Source: Alphaproteobacteria bacterium | GTDB taxonomy: Bacteria > Pseudomonadota > Alphaproteobacteria > UBA828 > JAPUJA01 | DNA: 64,000 nucleotides | Direction: 5' to 3' | NCBI GenBank assembly: GCA_965198325.1 | Contig: CBDAPE010000015.1 | Span: forward strand, 335,158-399,157 | Shown: in pieces, positions 8,407 through 17,604 of the stretch | Numbering within the stretch: position 1 is the stretch's first letter | How the letters are laid out: every line of letters starts with the position of its first letter | Translations under genes and position numbers: made by a program | The notes under the pieces: generated by a model | What the model saw: only the letters and a program-made list of their open reading frames with translations | The model's database searches: none | Told to the model about the DNA's origin: nothing

Positions 8407-9572
8407 TGGAAGATTTTATCGATCGCGAACGCTTGGCCGACCTTGACCGGCCGATAGGCGAAACGGCCGGTCTCCCGGGAAGCGCGTACAGCGAGGGATT
8501 TTACAAACTCGAACAAAGGGAATTTTTTCCCCGCACATGGTGTGCCATCGCCGTCGGATCGCAAGTTCCCAGACCGGGAGATGTGATACCCATCGACCTC
8601 GCGGGCTGGCCGCTCCTCCTTGTTCGCAATCAGTCGGGTCAAATCAAGGTTTTCCACAACATGTGTCAACACCGGGGCATGCGCGTCGTGACGAAGTCCG
8701 CATGTCGCCAGGAGCTTCGGTGCCCGTGGCATGCCTGGACCTACGATCTGGATGGCCGTCTCAAAACGCGGCGCGATTTCGCAGGTTGGAACGCGCCGGA
8801 TGCCGGAGACATGAATGCGGAGCTACCCGGACTTAAAGAAGTGCGGTCGGATCAGTGGCACGACTACGTAATGGTCAATATCGACGGCAAGGCGCCGCCG
8901 CTTCGAGATCATATCAAGCCTCTCGATGACTTCCTCCAGGACTACGATCTTGATGCTTTCGAGTACGCGAACACGCTGGAGCATTCTTACGAAGGCAACT
9001 GGAAGCTGGCGATGGAGGGTGGGCTCGAGGAATACCATCTACGTTCGGCGCATCCCCGCTTTGCCAAGGGCGTCATTTCGCAAAATCTTGAGTTCAGCCT
9101 CGATGCGGCCTGCCATTCGGGTTACCTGTTCTCTCGGAACTTTGGAGAAACCGAAAGGGCGGATCGAGTGGGCGAGCGCGGCATGCCGGCTCGTCCTGGT
9201 ACCCCACGCGACGTTGAGAACTATTACCTGATCAACCTATTTCCTGTGGGCCTGATGCTCCTTGAGGACGATCACGCAATCTTCATCTTGTTTACCCCCG
9301 ATGGTTGGAACCGCACGCGCGTCGTCAACTACCACTATTATTTTGGTGCCGCGGCTGTTGATCCGGCTTATGCCGAGGTCCGCAAGGAGTTTGAAGACGT
9401 TTGGACAGAGGTGATGTACCAGGACGCGGATTTCGTGAAATACGTCCATGAGAATGCGCAGCTGCGTGATGCGGTCGGCATCAATTCGCACTTCGCGCCT
9501 TATTGGGAAAGGCCGGTCCAGCATTTTCAACGACTCGTCATAGATACGATGAAAAATAGCTCGGACGGATGA
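8400..9572 (+). CDS. Rieske [2Fe-2S] non-haem iron oxygenase alpha subunit (GbcA/Stc2/CntA-like N-demethylating monooxygenase family)
   Basis: 390 aa. The Rieske motif is CQHRG...x17...CPWHAW (CxH...CxxH). A downstream catalytic domain is present. GAGG lies upstream of the GTG. Confidence 0.85.
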   Translation: MRLEDFIDRERLADLDRPIGETAGLPGSAYSEGFYKLEQREFFPRTWCAIAVGSQVPRPGDVIPIDLAGWPLLLVRNQSGQIKVFHNMCQHRGMRVVTKSACRQELRCPWHAWTYDLDGRLKTRRDFAGWNAPDAGDMNAELPGLKEVRSDQWHDYVMVNIDGKAPPLRDHIKPLDDFLQDYDLDAFEYANTLEHSYEGNWKLAMEGGLEEYHLRSAHPRFAKGVISQNLEFSLDAACHSGYLFSRNFGETERADRVGERGMPARPGTPRDVENYYLINLFPVGLMLLEDDHAIFILFTPDGWNRTRVVNYHYYFGAAAVDPAYAEVRKEFEDVWTEVMYQDADFVKYVHENAQLRDAVGINSHFAPYWERPVQHFQRLVIDTMKNSSDG

Positions 9573-9896
9573 GGGCGGGCGGCCAAGCTGGTTGAAGCCG
9601 GCTGAATTGGGATTGCCGGGCGAGTCAATTCCCAGCGCTCGCGGACGCCCGATCTGAATCTGATTCCAAGTCTTTAAAATATTTGCTTTGGGCCAGAAGC
9701 GGCCCCCGCTGGCGGAGAATTCGAACGGCCTGCAATGTGTCCGCGGACGGACTCTCGGATGGTGGCTCCAGACCCTAAATGAGAACGGCGGCGCAATAAT
9801 CCCCCCCTGAAGCGGCCGGTTGATCCGGCTGTGGCGGACCAAAATGGGACCGTCTATAGCCTTCTGTCAGGGTTGCTCTGACTGGAAGGCGGGGGG

Positions 9897-10253
9897 ATGT
9901 ATCGGGTGGATTTGTACGCGCGGGTTCGGCGGGCGTGTCGTGTCGAGGGAATGAGCACCCGCGAGGCCTCGCGGGTGTTCGGGCTGGACCGCAAGACGGT
10001 CCGCAAGATGCTGTCGTTCTCGGTGCCGCCGGGGTCTCGCCGCGGCAAGCCGCCACGGCGGCCGAAGCGGGGTCCGTTCACGGGGATCATCGATCGGATT
10101 CTGGAAGACGATCGGACCAGCCACCACAAGCAACGGCCCACGGCGAAGCGGATCTTCGACCGTCTCCGGGACGAGTACGGCTTTACGGGCGGCTACACCA
10201 TCGTGAAGGACTATGTCCGTGAGCGGCGGCTTCGGTCGCGCGAGATGTTCGTC
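9897..10253 (+). pseudogene. istA: IS21-family istA, 5' fragment
   Basis: The translation is MYRVDLYARVRRACRVEGMSTREASRVFGLDRKTVRKMLS...GYTIVKDYVRERRLRSREMFV. This is the HTH N-terminus of IstA. It is cut off after REMFV. Confidence 0.75.
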
Positions 10254-11432
10254 GCTGTCCAGATATCTTGTGTAAATGAGTGCCGTGGGTCCACCTACGA
10301 TGAGGACTATCAGACCTGAACTTCGACGAACTTCTGGCCGATTACGAGAAGCCGGATGACCTGCTGGGCGAAGACGGGCTTCGGTGCTCGAGCGGGCGCT
10401 TGGCGATGAGCGATCACCGGCTACGAGAAGGGTGACCCGGCGGTCGCGGCACGTAACAGCGGCTACTCGGACAAGACGGTGCTGAGCGAGGATGGCGAGA
10501 TCGATATCGCCGTGCCGCGCGACCGCACCGGCACGTTCGACCCGCTGATCGTGCCCAAGGGCGAACGCCGTCTCGAGGGCTTCGACGATCGCATCGTGTC
10601 GCTGTATGCCCGCGGCATGACGGTGCGCGAGATACGTGGCCATCTGCAGGAGCTTTACGGGGTCGCGGTTTCGCCGGACCTGATCAGCCGGGTCACCGAC
10701 GCGGTACTCGAGGAGGTCCGCGAATGGCAGAACCGACCGCTCGATGCGGTCTATCCGGTGGTGTTCTTTGACGCGCTGCGGGTCAAGATCCGCGACGAAG
10801 GCCTGGTGCGCAACAAAGCAGTCTACGTTGCACTGGCCCTCACCGCTGAAGGCGAGAAGGAGGTTCTCGGGCTGTGGATCGAGCAGACCGAAGGCGCCAA
10901 GTTCTGGCTCAAGGTGATGAACGACCTCAAGACCCGCGGCGTCGCTGACATCCTGATCGCCGTGGTCGACGGCCTCAAGGGCTTCCCCGAGGCGATAACA
11001 ACGGTGTTCCCCGAGACCACGGTGCAGACCTGCATCGTGCATCTGATCCGCAGTTCGCTGGCGTTCGTGTCGTGGAAGGACCGAAAGAGGATCATGCCCG
11101 ATATCAAGGCGATCTACCGCGCCGAAACCGCCGAGACCGCGGCGGCCAAGCTCGACGAGTTCGAGGCCAAATGGGGCGAGCGCTATCCGGCGATCGCGCC
11201 CAGCTGGCGCCGCGCCTCGCCGATGTTCGCGCGCCGGGATCCGCGATCTACACCACCAATGGAGCCTGCACCGGCGCAAGATCAAGACACGCGGTAGCAA
11301 CGACCGCGGTCAAGCGGTTCCTGGCGATCCGCAATGCCTTGGAAACGGCCTATTGAATGGACCGCCGCAATGGGGCGCGATCTGTTCGAGGATCCTTTCC
11401 GGCCTCAGCGCGCTCGAAACAATGTCGCCCCG
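10254..11432 (+). pseudogene. IS256-family transposase, degenerate (multiple frameshifts), inserted in istA
   Basis: Frame C reads FDELLADYEKPDDLLGEDGL, then there is a frame break. The central part is TGTFDPLIVPKGERR...DDRIVSLYARGMTVREIRGHLQELYGV...VYVALALTAEGEKEVLGLWIEQTEGAKFWLKVMNDLKTRGV...VVDGLKGFPEAITTVFPETTVQTCIVHLIR. The tail IYTTN...MPWKRPIEWTAAMGRDLFEDPFRP is in other frames. Confidence 0.8.
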
Positions 11433-11636
11433 CCACTTACACAGACAATCGGACACACCCATTCCCCCGGCCCCGCCCAGGCGGACTTCGGCGAGGCGAT
11501 GGCGGTGATCGGCTCCGAGCGGCTTACCGGCGCTCTCCTCGACCGCCGCACCCACCACGTCAACATCCTCGAGATGAATGGCGAGAGCTACAGGCTCAAC
11601 CAGAGCCGCAGGCGTCAAACCCCGACGGCGAACTGA
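11433..11636 (+). pseudogene. IS21 remnant: an istA fragment fused in frame to the istB C-terminus (internal deletion)
   Basis: PLTQTIGHTHSPGPAQADFGEAMAVIG (IstA segment that normally follows REMFV) runs directly into SERLTGALLDRRTHHVNILEMNGESYRLNQSRRRQ (IstB C-terminus). Confidence 0.65.
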
Positions 11637-11829
11637 ACCGACCACCCAACCCACGCTTGACCCCATGGGCCCACAGGTCCCTCCCGCGCGCGCCGCCGCG
11701 TCGGCCTGTTGAGGGCACGCCGCGTCGCACGCGGGGCCCGCCCATGGACTACGGGGACAAGCCCGCAGCCGCCAAGCGGTCCCTTCTTACACCGCCACGG
11801 TCGTCCCTTTTTGCTCCGCCATTGACACC

Positions 11830-13791
11830 CTAAAGCACTGCGGCGACCTTGAGCGCGTCGAGGGTCGCCTCTTCGACGGTCCGGGGCGTGGCGCAATCGC
11901 CGATCGCGATCACCTCGCCGTCATAATCGGATAACTCTTCGAGGAGCCCGGCATAGCGCTCGTGACCGAGCGCCAGAACGATGGTTTCGATGTCTTCGAC
12001 GACAATTGCCTCGCCGGTCATGATGTGCTGCAGATAGACCGAGTCGTCGTCGACCCCGAACAGCCGCGCATACGGGATCACCTCGACGCCGAGGCGATGC
12101 ATGGTTCCCGCCCCCATGTCTCGGATATAGGGCTGAAGCGATTGCCCGGCGGCGTAGCCGGCCACGGCGAGGCGCACCCGGCAGCCGTCGCGGGCGAGCT
12201 TCTCGGCCAAGCCGAGCCCGATCCAGTCGCAGCGCCAGTCGGCGACCAGCACCGAGGCCCCGACGTTGACCTCGTTCTTCAGCACCTGCCAGGCATCGAC
12301 CACATGCTCGCCCTCGAGACCATCGAGCGCGGGCCGGCGTGGGCCGGCACCGGTCGCGACGATCACCGCGTCGGGCGCTTCGCGGGCGATCAACTCGGGC
12401 GTGGCTGGCGTGTTCTTGACGACCGCGGCCCCGGCCAACTCCATCTCGCGGCTGAAATTGGTCACGATGCCGCCGAACTCCGCGCGGCCGGGGAGCGCCT
12501 GTGCAAGCAGGACCTGACCGCCAAGCTGGCCGCTCGCTTCGTAAAGCGTGACGGCGTGACCCCGCTCGGCGGCAACGATCGCGGCCTTCATGCCCGCGGG
12601 GCCACCACCGGCGACCAACACCTTGCGCACGGGGTCGGCTGGTTTGAGCGAGCCGTATTCGAGTTCGCGGCCGGTCTCGGGGTACTGGATACAGGAGATC
12701 GAATAACCGGTCATCATATGGCCTATGCAGGCCTGGTTGCAGGCGATGCAGGCACGAATATCGTCGACGCGCCCCGCTCGGGCCTTGTTGACCATCTCGG
12801 GATCGGAAATCTGGGCGCGGGTCATGCCGCACATGTCGGCCTGACCCGAGGCCAGAATGGTCTCGGCGATGTGGGGCTGGTTGATCCGCCCGGCGACGAA
12901 GACCGGCCGGGAAACCCGTTCGCGCACGGCGGCCGCGTAGGGCGCGACATAGCCCGTCTCCATGGCCATCGGCGGAACGATATGGGTCGCCGCGCCGAGA
13001 TTGACTGACGAGCCGGCGATGACATTGAAATAGTCGATCCCACCATCGCCGTCGAGCGCGACGCAGGCAGCCGCGGCTTCGTCGAGGCTCAGCATCTCCG
13101 CGTCGGTGCCGTCGCCGGTGATGCGCAGGCCGACGATCAATCCATCGTCGGTCTTGGACCGGACGTCAGTCACGACCTCGCGCAGAAACCGCAGGCGGTT
13201 ATCAACCGAGCCCCCATATTCGTCTTCGCGCAAGTTCACCCGCGGGCTCAGGAACTGGGCCGGCAGATAACCATGGCTGCCGACGATCTCGACACCGTCG
13301 AGACCCGCCTCGCGCATGCGCGCCGCGGCGTGGCCATAACCCGCCACAATTTCGCCGATCAGGTCGCGCGACATGGGCTCGGGTACGATGTGGAAGCGCT
13401 CGTTCGGCACCGCGGAGGGGGCATAGGCATGAGCCTGGGAGCCATCGGTCGAGCTGAAGATTTCGCGCCCCGGATGGAAGATCTGACCGAATATCCTGCA
13501 GCCGTGGGAATGAACCGTTTCGGCCAGCTCGGCGTAGCCCGGGATGCAGCTGTCGTCGTAGGCGATGATGGAATTGAGGTTGAATACGCCGGTCGGATGC
13601 ACCGCGCCGATCTCGACGATAATCAGACCGGCCCCACCCTTCGCGCGCGCCTCGTGATACGCCCTGAGCGCATCGTTGGGAGCGGTGCCTTCGACGAGCA
13701 GGGTTTCATGCCCCGTCGAAAAAATGCGGTTCCGGATCTCGAGTCCCCGGATGGTAAGCGGACTGAACAGGGTCGGAAACATTTGGCTCAT
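11830..13791 (-). CDS. Old-yellow-enzyme-family FMN/Fe-S flavoprotein fused to an FAD/NAD(P)-binding domain (dimethylglycine/N-methylproline demethylase StcD/DgcA-like, TMADH/2,4-dienoyl-CoA reductase family)
   Basis: 653 aa from MSQMFPTLFSPLTIRGLEIRNRIF (GAGGAAGAG RBS). An OYE TIM-barrel N-domain is followed by a 4Fe-4S motif CIACNQACIGH...C. The C-terminal Rossmann motif is KVLVAGGGPAGMKAAIVAAERGHAVTLYE. Confidence 0.85.
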   Translation of the reverse strand: MSQMFPTLFSPLTIRGLEIRNRIFSTGHETLLVEGTAPNDALRAYHEARAKGGAGLIIVEIGAVHPTGVFNLNSIIAYDDSCIPGYAELAETVHSHGCRIFGQIFHPGREIFSSTDGSQAHAYAPSAVPNERFHIVPEPMSRDLIGEIVAGYGHAAARMREAGLDGVEIVGSHGYLPAQFLSPRVNLREDEYGGSVDNRLRFLREVVTDVRSKTDDGLIVGLRITGDGTDAEMLSLDEAAAACVALDGDGGIDYFNVIAGSSVNLGAATHIVPPMAMETGYVAPYAAAVRERVSRPVFVAGRINQPHIAETILASGQADMCGMTRAQISDPEMVNKARAGRVDDIRACIACNQACIGHMMTGYSISCIQYPETGRELEYGSLKPADPVRKVLVAGGGPAGMKAAIVAAERGHAVTLYEASGQLGGQVLLAQALPGRAEFGGIVTNFSREMELAGAAVVKNTPATPELIAREAPDAVIVATGAGPRRPALDGLEGEHVVDAWQVLKNEVNVGASVLVADWRCDWIGLGLAEKLARDGCRVRLAVAGYAAGQSLQPYIRDMGAGTMHRLGVEVIPYARLFGVDDDSVYLQHIMTGEAIVVEDIETIVLALGHERYAGLLEELSDYDGEVIAIGDCATPRTVEEATLDALKVAAVL

Positions 13792-13975
13792 GGCGTCTCT
13801 TCCTCGGCTGCGCCCTAACCAACCCCGAATTGCCGTGCCAATCAAGGGCACAGCGCATCGGGCGGGCTCACGGCCTTGTGAGGGCAGTTGATTTGTCTGG
13901 CGTGGTCAAGCGGCCTATCTCTGTCGGCGTGTGACGGCGATCAACGCGGCGCCCGCGATTTAGATGCAAAAGACC

Positions 13976-14260
13976 ATGGCAAGAGCAATTTGGAACGGTA
14001 CCGTTATCGCAGAAAGCGAATCCGCAAAAATCGTGGACGGGACCCTTTACTTTCCGCCCGAGGCTCTCCATCTCGAGTACTTCCGGGCCAGTGGAACCGA
14101 GACGGTCTGCCCCTAGAAGGGCACGGCGTCCTATTTCACCCTTGAGGTGGAGGGCGTTTGCAACGAGGATGCGGCCTGGGCCTATATTGATCCCAATCCC
14201 CAGGCCGATGCGATCCGCGGCCATGTCGCGTTTCAGAAAGACGTTAACGTTGTTTCTTAA
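13976..14260 (+). pseudogene. DUF427 family protein with an in-frame TAG at a conserved Trp position
   Basis: MARAIWNGTVIAESESAKIVDGTLYFPPEALHLEYFRASGTETVCP-TAG-KGTASYFTLEVEGVCNEDAAWAYIDPNPQADAIRGHVAFQKDVNVVS. The DUF427 consensus has CPWKG here. The TAG at 14114-14116 replaces TGG. Confidence 0.6.
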
Positions 14261-14324
14261 CCGGGCATTGGCAATTCTCGCCCTAAACTGGGCACCATTG
14301 GCAGGTAGCCCGAGGACGACCACG

Positions 14325-14759
14325 ATGGTCCGCAGATTCCTTCTCACCACCGCCCTGGCGGTATTCATTCCTGGCCTCGCGCCGGCGTTGACCAGCGCCC
14401 CGATCGCCGTCGAGATCGTCGGCGTGCGCAGCGCGTCCAGCGTCATCGAACTCGCCGTCTACGACAGCGCCGAGAGCTTCCTCGAAGACGGCCAAAGCGT
14501 CGCCACGGCGACCTTCGACGCGAGCGACGGCCGGGTGGCCGGCGAGGTCCTCGGACTTCCCGCGGGCCGCTACGCCATCGCGGTCTTCCACGACGAGAAC
14601 GGCAACGACGAGTTCGATACGAACTTCATCGGCCTGCCCACCGAGGGCTACGGCTTCTCGAACGGCGCGACCGTATTCCTGGGCCCGCCCGCGTTCGACG
14701 ACGCTGCCTTCGAGACCGGCGCCGAAGGCGCCCGACTGACCGTAAACCTGTCCTACTAG
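14325..14759 (+). CDS. DUF2141-like secreted protein
   Basis: The signal peptide is MVRRFLLTTALAVFIPGLAPALTSAP. The mature part is IAVEIVGVRSASSVIELAVYDS...AGRYAIAVFHDENGNDEFDTNFIGLPTEGYGFSN, which is typical of DUF2141. Confidence 0.6.
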   Translation: MVRRFLLTTALAVFIPGLAPALTSAPIAVEIVGVRSASSVIELAVYDSAESFLEDGQSVATATFDASDGRVAGEVLGLPAGRYAIAVFHDENGNDEFDTNFIGLPTEGYGFSNGATVFLGPPAFDDAAFETGAEGARLTVNLSY

Positions 14760-14796
14760 GTAGATCCGACCGTCTGAACGGCGGACGCCGACCGCT

Positions 14797-15870
14797 TTAG
14801 GCTGCGGCGAAGTCGGCCAGGCGGATCGGCGCACGGCGCGCGCCCCAAGTGCCGGCGGGGCCGTCGAAGCGCCCCGCAAGCGGGGTCGCGCAGTGGGTAC
14901 AGCGGCCGTCGTCGGTGAGGTTCCAGGCGCCGAGCCGGTACCAATCGCGCTCGATCAGGAGACCGCCGCAACCGTGGCAATAGGTGGAGCCGCCGTCCGA
15001 ATCATGGACGTTGCCCGTATAGGCGTAGCGCACGCCGTTGCGCATGGCGATACCCCTGGCCCGGGTCAGCGTCGCAGGCGGGGTTGCCGGCTGGTCGCGC
15101 ATCTTCCAGTCCGGGTGAAAGGCGGTGAAGTGCATCGGCACGTCGGGTCCGAGCTCGTCGACGACCCAGCGGGTCATAGCATCGAGTTCCTCGTCGGAAT
15201 CGTTCTCGCCCGGGATCAACAGGGTCGTGAGCTCGAACCAGACATCGGTCTCATGCTTGAGCCAGACCAGGGTATCGAGCACCGGCGCGAGCTCGGCACC
15301 ACAGATCTTGCGGTAGAAAACGTCGGTGAAGGCCTTCAGGTCTATGTTCGCGGCGTCCATGTCGCGGTAGAACTCGACGCGAGGCTCCTTGCAGATATAG
15401 CCCGCAGTGACCGCAACCGTGCCGATCTCCGCCTCGCGGGCGGCGCGCGCGATGTCGAGCGCATATTCGAAGAAGATGACCGGGTCGTTGTAGGTGAACG
15501 CGATCGAGCGGCAGCCGGTCGCCTTCGCGGCACGCACGATCACTTGCGGCGACGCGGCGTCGGCAAGGGTGTCGATCTCGCGCGACTTGCTGATGTCCCA
15601 GTTCTGGCAGAATTTGCAGGTCAGGTTGCAACCCGCCGTGCCGAACGACAGGACGGGGGATCCCGGCAGGTAGTGGTTGAGCGGCTTCTTCTCGATTGGG
15701 TCGATGCAGTATCCGGACGAGCGGCCGTAGCTCGTCATCACCAGACCGTCGCCGGCCCGTGCCCGGATGAAGCACAGGCCCCGCTGACCTTCGTGAAGCT
15801 TGCAGTAGCGCGGGCAAATATCGCACTGGATACGGCCGTCTTCGAGCGCATGCCAATAGCGCCCCGGCAC
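14797..15870 (-). CDS. amrS: AmmeMemoRadiSam system radical SAM enzyme (AmrS)
   Basis: Contains GRYWHALEDGRIQCDICPRYCKLHEGQRGLC and a CNLTCKFCQN radical-SAM cluster motif (CxxxCxxC). A C-terminal CHGCGG...CTHC motif is present. The start chosen is the GTG at 15870, giving VPGRYW. The annotated ORF extends to 16125 but would overlap the divergent neighbour by 55 bp. Confidence 0.8.
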   Translation of the reverse strand: MPGRYWHALEDGRIQCDICPRYCKLHEGQRGLCFIRARAGDGLVMTSYGRSSGYCIDPIEKKPLNHYLPGSPVLSFGTAGCNLTCKFCQNWDISKSREIDTLADAASPQVIVRAAKATGCRSIAFTYNDPVIFFEYALDIARAAREAEIGTVAVTAGYICKEPRVEFYRDMDAANIDLKAFTDVFYRKICGAELAPVLDTLVWLKHETDVWFELTTLLIPGENDSDEELDAMTRWVVDELGPDVPMHFTAFHPDWKMRDQPATPPATLTRARGIAMRNGVRYAYTGNVHDSDGGSTYCHGCGGLLIERDWYRLGAWNLTDDGRCTHCATPLAGRFDGPAGTWGARRAPIRLADFAAA

Positions 15871-16070
15871 GATCGACGGATCGCGCGCAGCCTCTTCGGC
15901 TGTAACCGCGTTATCGATGACACCCTCCTCGCCGGACTTGATGCTGCGCCCGACCGTACTAAGGTAAGCAAGGAGCTTGCCGGTTTCAATCGGCAGGCGG
16001 CGGCCTCGCTTTACGGCTCCGCCGGTGCGCGCTAGGCTTCCGGCCCGGGCGAGCGCCCAAGGAGGAGACG

Positions 16071-17510
16071 ATGACGAGTGTGCGACCCGCGGCGGTGGCG
16101 GGTACATTCTACCCCGGCGATGCACGCAATCTTACGGACGCGATCCAAGGCTACCTCGCCGGCGTTGCAGCCCAAGGACCCGCGCCCAAGGCGCTGATCG
16201 CGCCCCATGCGGGCTATATCTATTCGGGTCCGATCGCCGCGTCCGTGTACGGCCGGTTACGGGAGGCGGCGGGCCGGATCCGCCGGGTCGTGCTTCTCGG
16301 CCCCTCTCACTACGTTGCCCTCAGCGGTCTTGCGGTCCCGTCCGTCGATTTTTTCGAGACGCCGCTGGGAAAGATTGCCATCGATACCAAGGCGCGGGCG
16401 CGGGTTGCCGGGCTCGCACAGGTCACCATCGACGACGGGCCGCACGCCCGGGAACACAGCCTGGAGGTCCAGTTGCCGTTCCTGCAGGACGTGCTCGACG
16501 ATTTTGTCCTTCTGCCGCTGTCGGTCGGCCAGGCGACGGCGGCCGAGGTTGCCGAAGTGATCGAGGCACTGTGGGGCGGCGAAGAGACCCTGATCGTCAT
16601 CAGCTCCGATCTTTCCCATTATCACGACTACGCCACAGCCCAACGGCTTGACGCGGAAACCTCCAAGGCCATCGAGCAGCTCAGCCTTCACGATATCGGG
16701 CAGGCTTCGGCCTGCGGCCGGGTGCCGATCTACGGCCTGTTGACCGTTGCACAGCGCCGAGGCCTGTCGGCCACAACGATCGACCTGCGCAACTCAGGTG
16801 ATACGGCGGGCCCGCGGGATCGGGTCGTAGGCTATGGCGCCTACGTGTTTGGGCCTGAGGGCAGCGGCGCGAAAACCAGCGATGGCACCGGCTTGGCGGG
16901 CGATGACGACACGGAAGACCCGGCGCTCGCCCGTCTACTCGCGAGTCACGGCGATACGCTGCTCCACGTCGCCCGGGTCTCGCTCGAATCGGGCGTAAAT
17001 CGTGGCCGGGCGGCCGATGTCGAAATCGCGAATGCACCTGACGCACTCAAGATCCACGGCGCCAGCTTCGTCACTCTCGAAGAGGCGGGGCGCCTTCGGG
17101 GTTGCATCGGTTCGCCCCAGGCCTGGCGGCCGCTGGCCATCGACGTCGCCGAGAACGCCTACCGGGCAGGCTTCGAGGATCCCCGGTTCGAGGCAATCGA
17201 GGCACCGGACCTCGACCGCGTCGATGTCTCGGTCTCGGTGTTGGGTGAGCCCCGACGCTTCGCAGTGGAGTCCGAAGACGATCTGATCGCCAAGCTACGG
17301 CCGGGTGTCGACGGTCTGATCCTGCGCGACCAGGGAAAAAGCGGCCTGTTTCTGCCCGCGGTCTGGGAGAAATTACCCGAGGCGCCGGACTTCGTCGGCC
17401 GCCTCAAACTCAAGGCAGGTCTCACGGCCGATCACTGGTCGGATCAGATGGAGATCTGGCGTTTCGTCAGCGCCTCGGTTTCACAGCCGGCAACGACTGC
17501 CACGCGGTAA
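16071..17510 (+). CDS. Fusion protein: an N-terminal Memo-like (AmrB) domain and a C-terminal AMMECR1 (AmrA) domain
   Basis: N-terminus: AGTFYPGDARNLTDAIQGYL...ALIAPHAGYIYSGPIAASVY...LLGPSHY (Memo/MEMO1 family). C-terminus: HGASFVTLEEAGRLRGCIGSPQAWRPL (AMMECR1 LRGCIG motif). A strong AAGGAGG RBS is present. Confidence 0.85.
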   Translation: MTSVRPAAVAGTFYPGDARNLTDAIQGYLAGVAAQGPAPKALIAPHAGYIYSGPIAASVYGRLREAAGRIRRVVLLGPSHYVALSGLAVPSVDFFETPLGKIAIDTKARARVAGLAQVTIDDGPHAREHSLEVQLPFLQDVLDDFVLLPLSVGQATAAEVAEVIEALWGGEETLIVISSDLSHYHDYATAQRLDAETSKAIEQLSLHDIGQASACGRVPIYGLLTVAQRRGLSATTIDLRNSGDTAGPRDRVVGYGAYVFGPEGSGAKTSDGTGLAGDDDTEDPALARLLASHGDTLLHVARVSLESGVNRGRAADVEIANAPDALKIHGASFVTLEEAGRLRGCIGSPQAWRPLAIDVAENAYRAGFEDPRFEAIEAPDLDRVDVSVSVLGEPRRFAVESEDDLIAKLRPGVDGLILRDQGKSGLFLPAVWEKLPEAPDFVGRLKLKAGLTADHWSDQMEIWRFVSASVSQPATTATR

Positions 17511-17604
17511 GCCGGCGACAAATTCGAATTCGATATTGATGCTGTGGATGCCCAATCCGGACCCGGCTAAACATGCGAATTGCGGAACGGATTAGGCGCC
17601 GGCG

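Larger units (their letters stand above)
9850..11640 (+). mobile_element. Decayed composite IS region: an IS21-family remnant interrupted by a degenerate IS256-family element
   Basis: An IS21-like terminal palindrome gtcagggttgctctgac lies about 9855-9875. The istA 5' part, then an IS256 tnp with frameshifts, then an istA fragment fused to the istB C-terminus. Details are in the three pseudogene entries below. Confidence 0.75.

Noticed and set aside
9867-11300. A 477-aa minus-strand ORF across the IS remnant region
   Set aside because: It is antisense to recognisable IS21/IS256 transposase fragments. The product is extremely Arg/Pro/Gly-rich with no motifs. This is a typical high-GC antisense artefact.
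13976-14260. The DUF427 TAG as programmed recoding (amber suppression or pyrrolysine)
   Set aside because: No Pyl machinery or suppressor context is visible. A single transition from TGG at a conserved Trp is far more simply explained by mutation or sequencing error.
13868-14446. A 192-aa minus-strand ORF overlapping the DUF427 and DUF2141 genes
   Set aside because: It is antisense to two plus-strand genes that have clear family-level conservation. It has no motifs.
14797-16125. The full-length 442-aa version of the radical SAM ORF
   Set aside because: The first 85 codons are low-complexity (PPPP, SSSS). They would overlap the strongly supported divergent Memo-AMMECR1 gene by 55 bp. An internal GTG at 15870 gives a homologue-typical N-terminus (PGRYW...).
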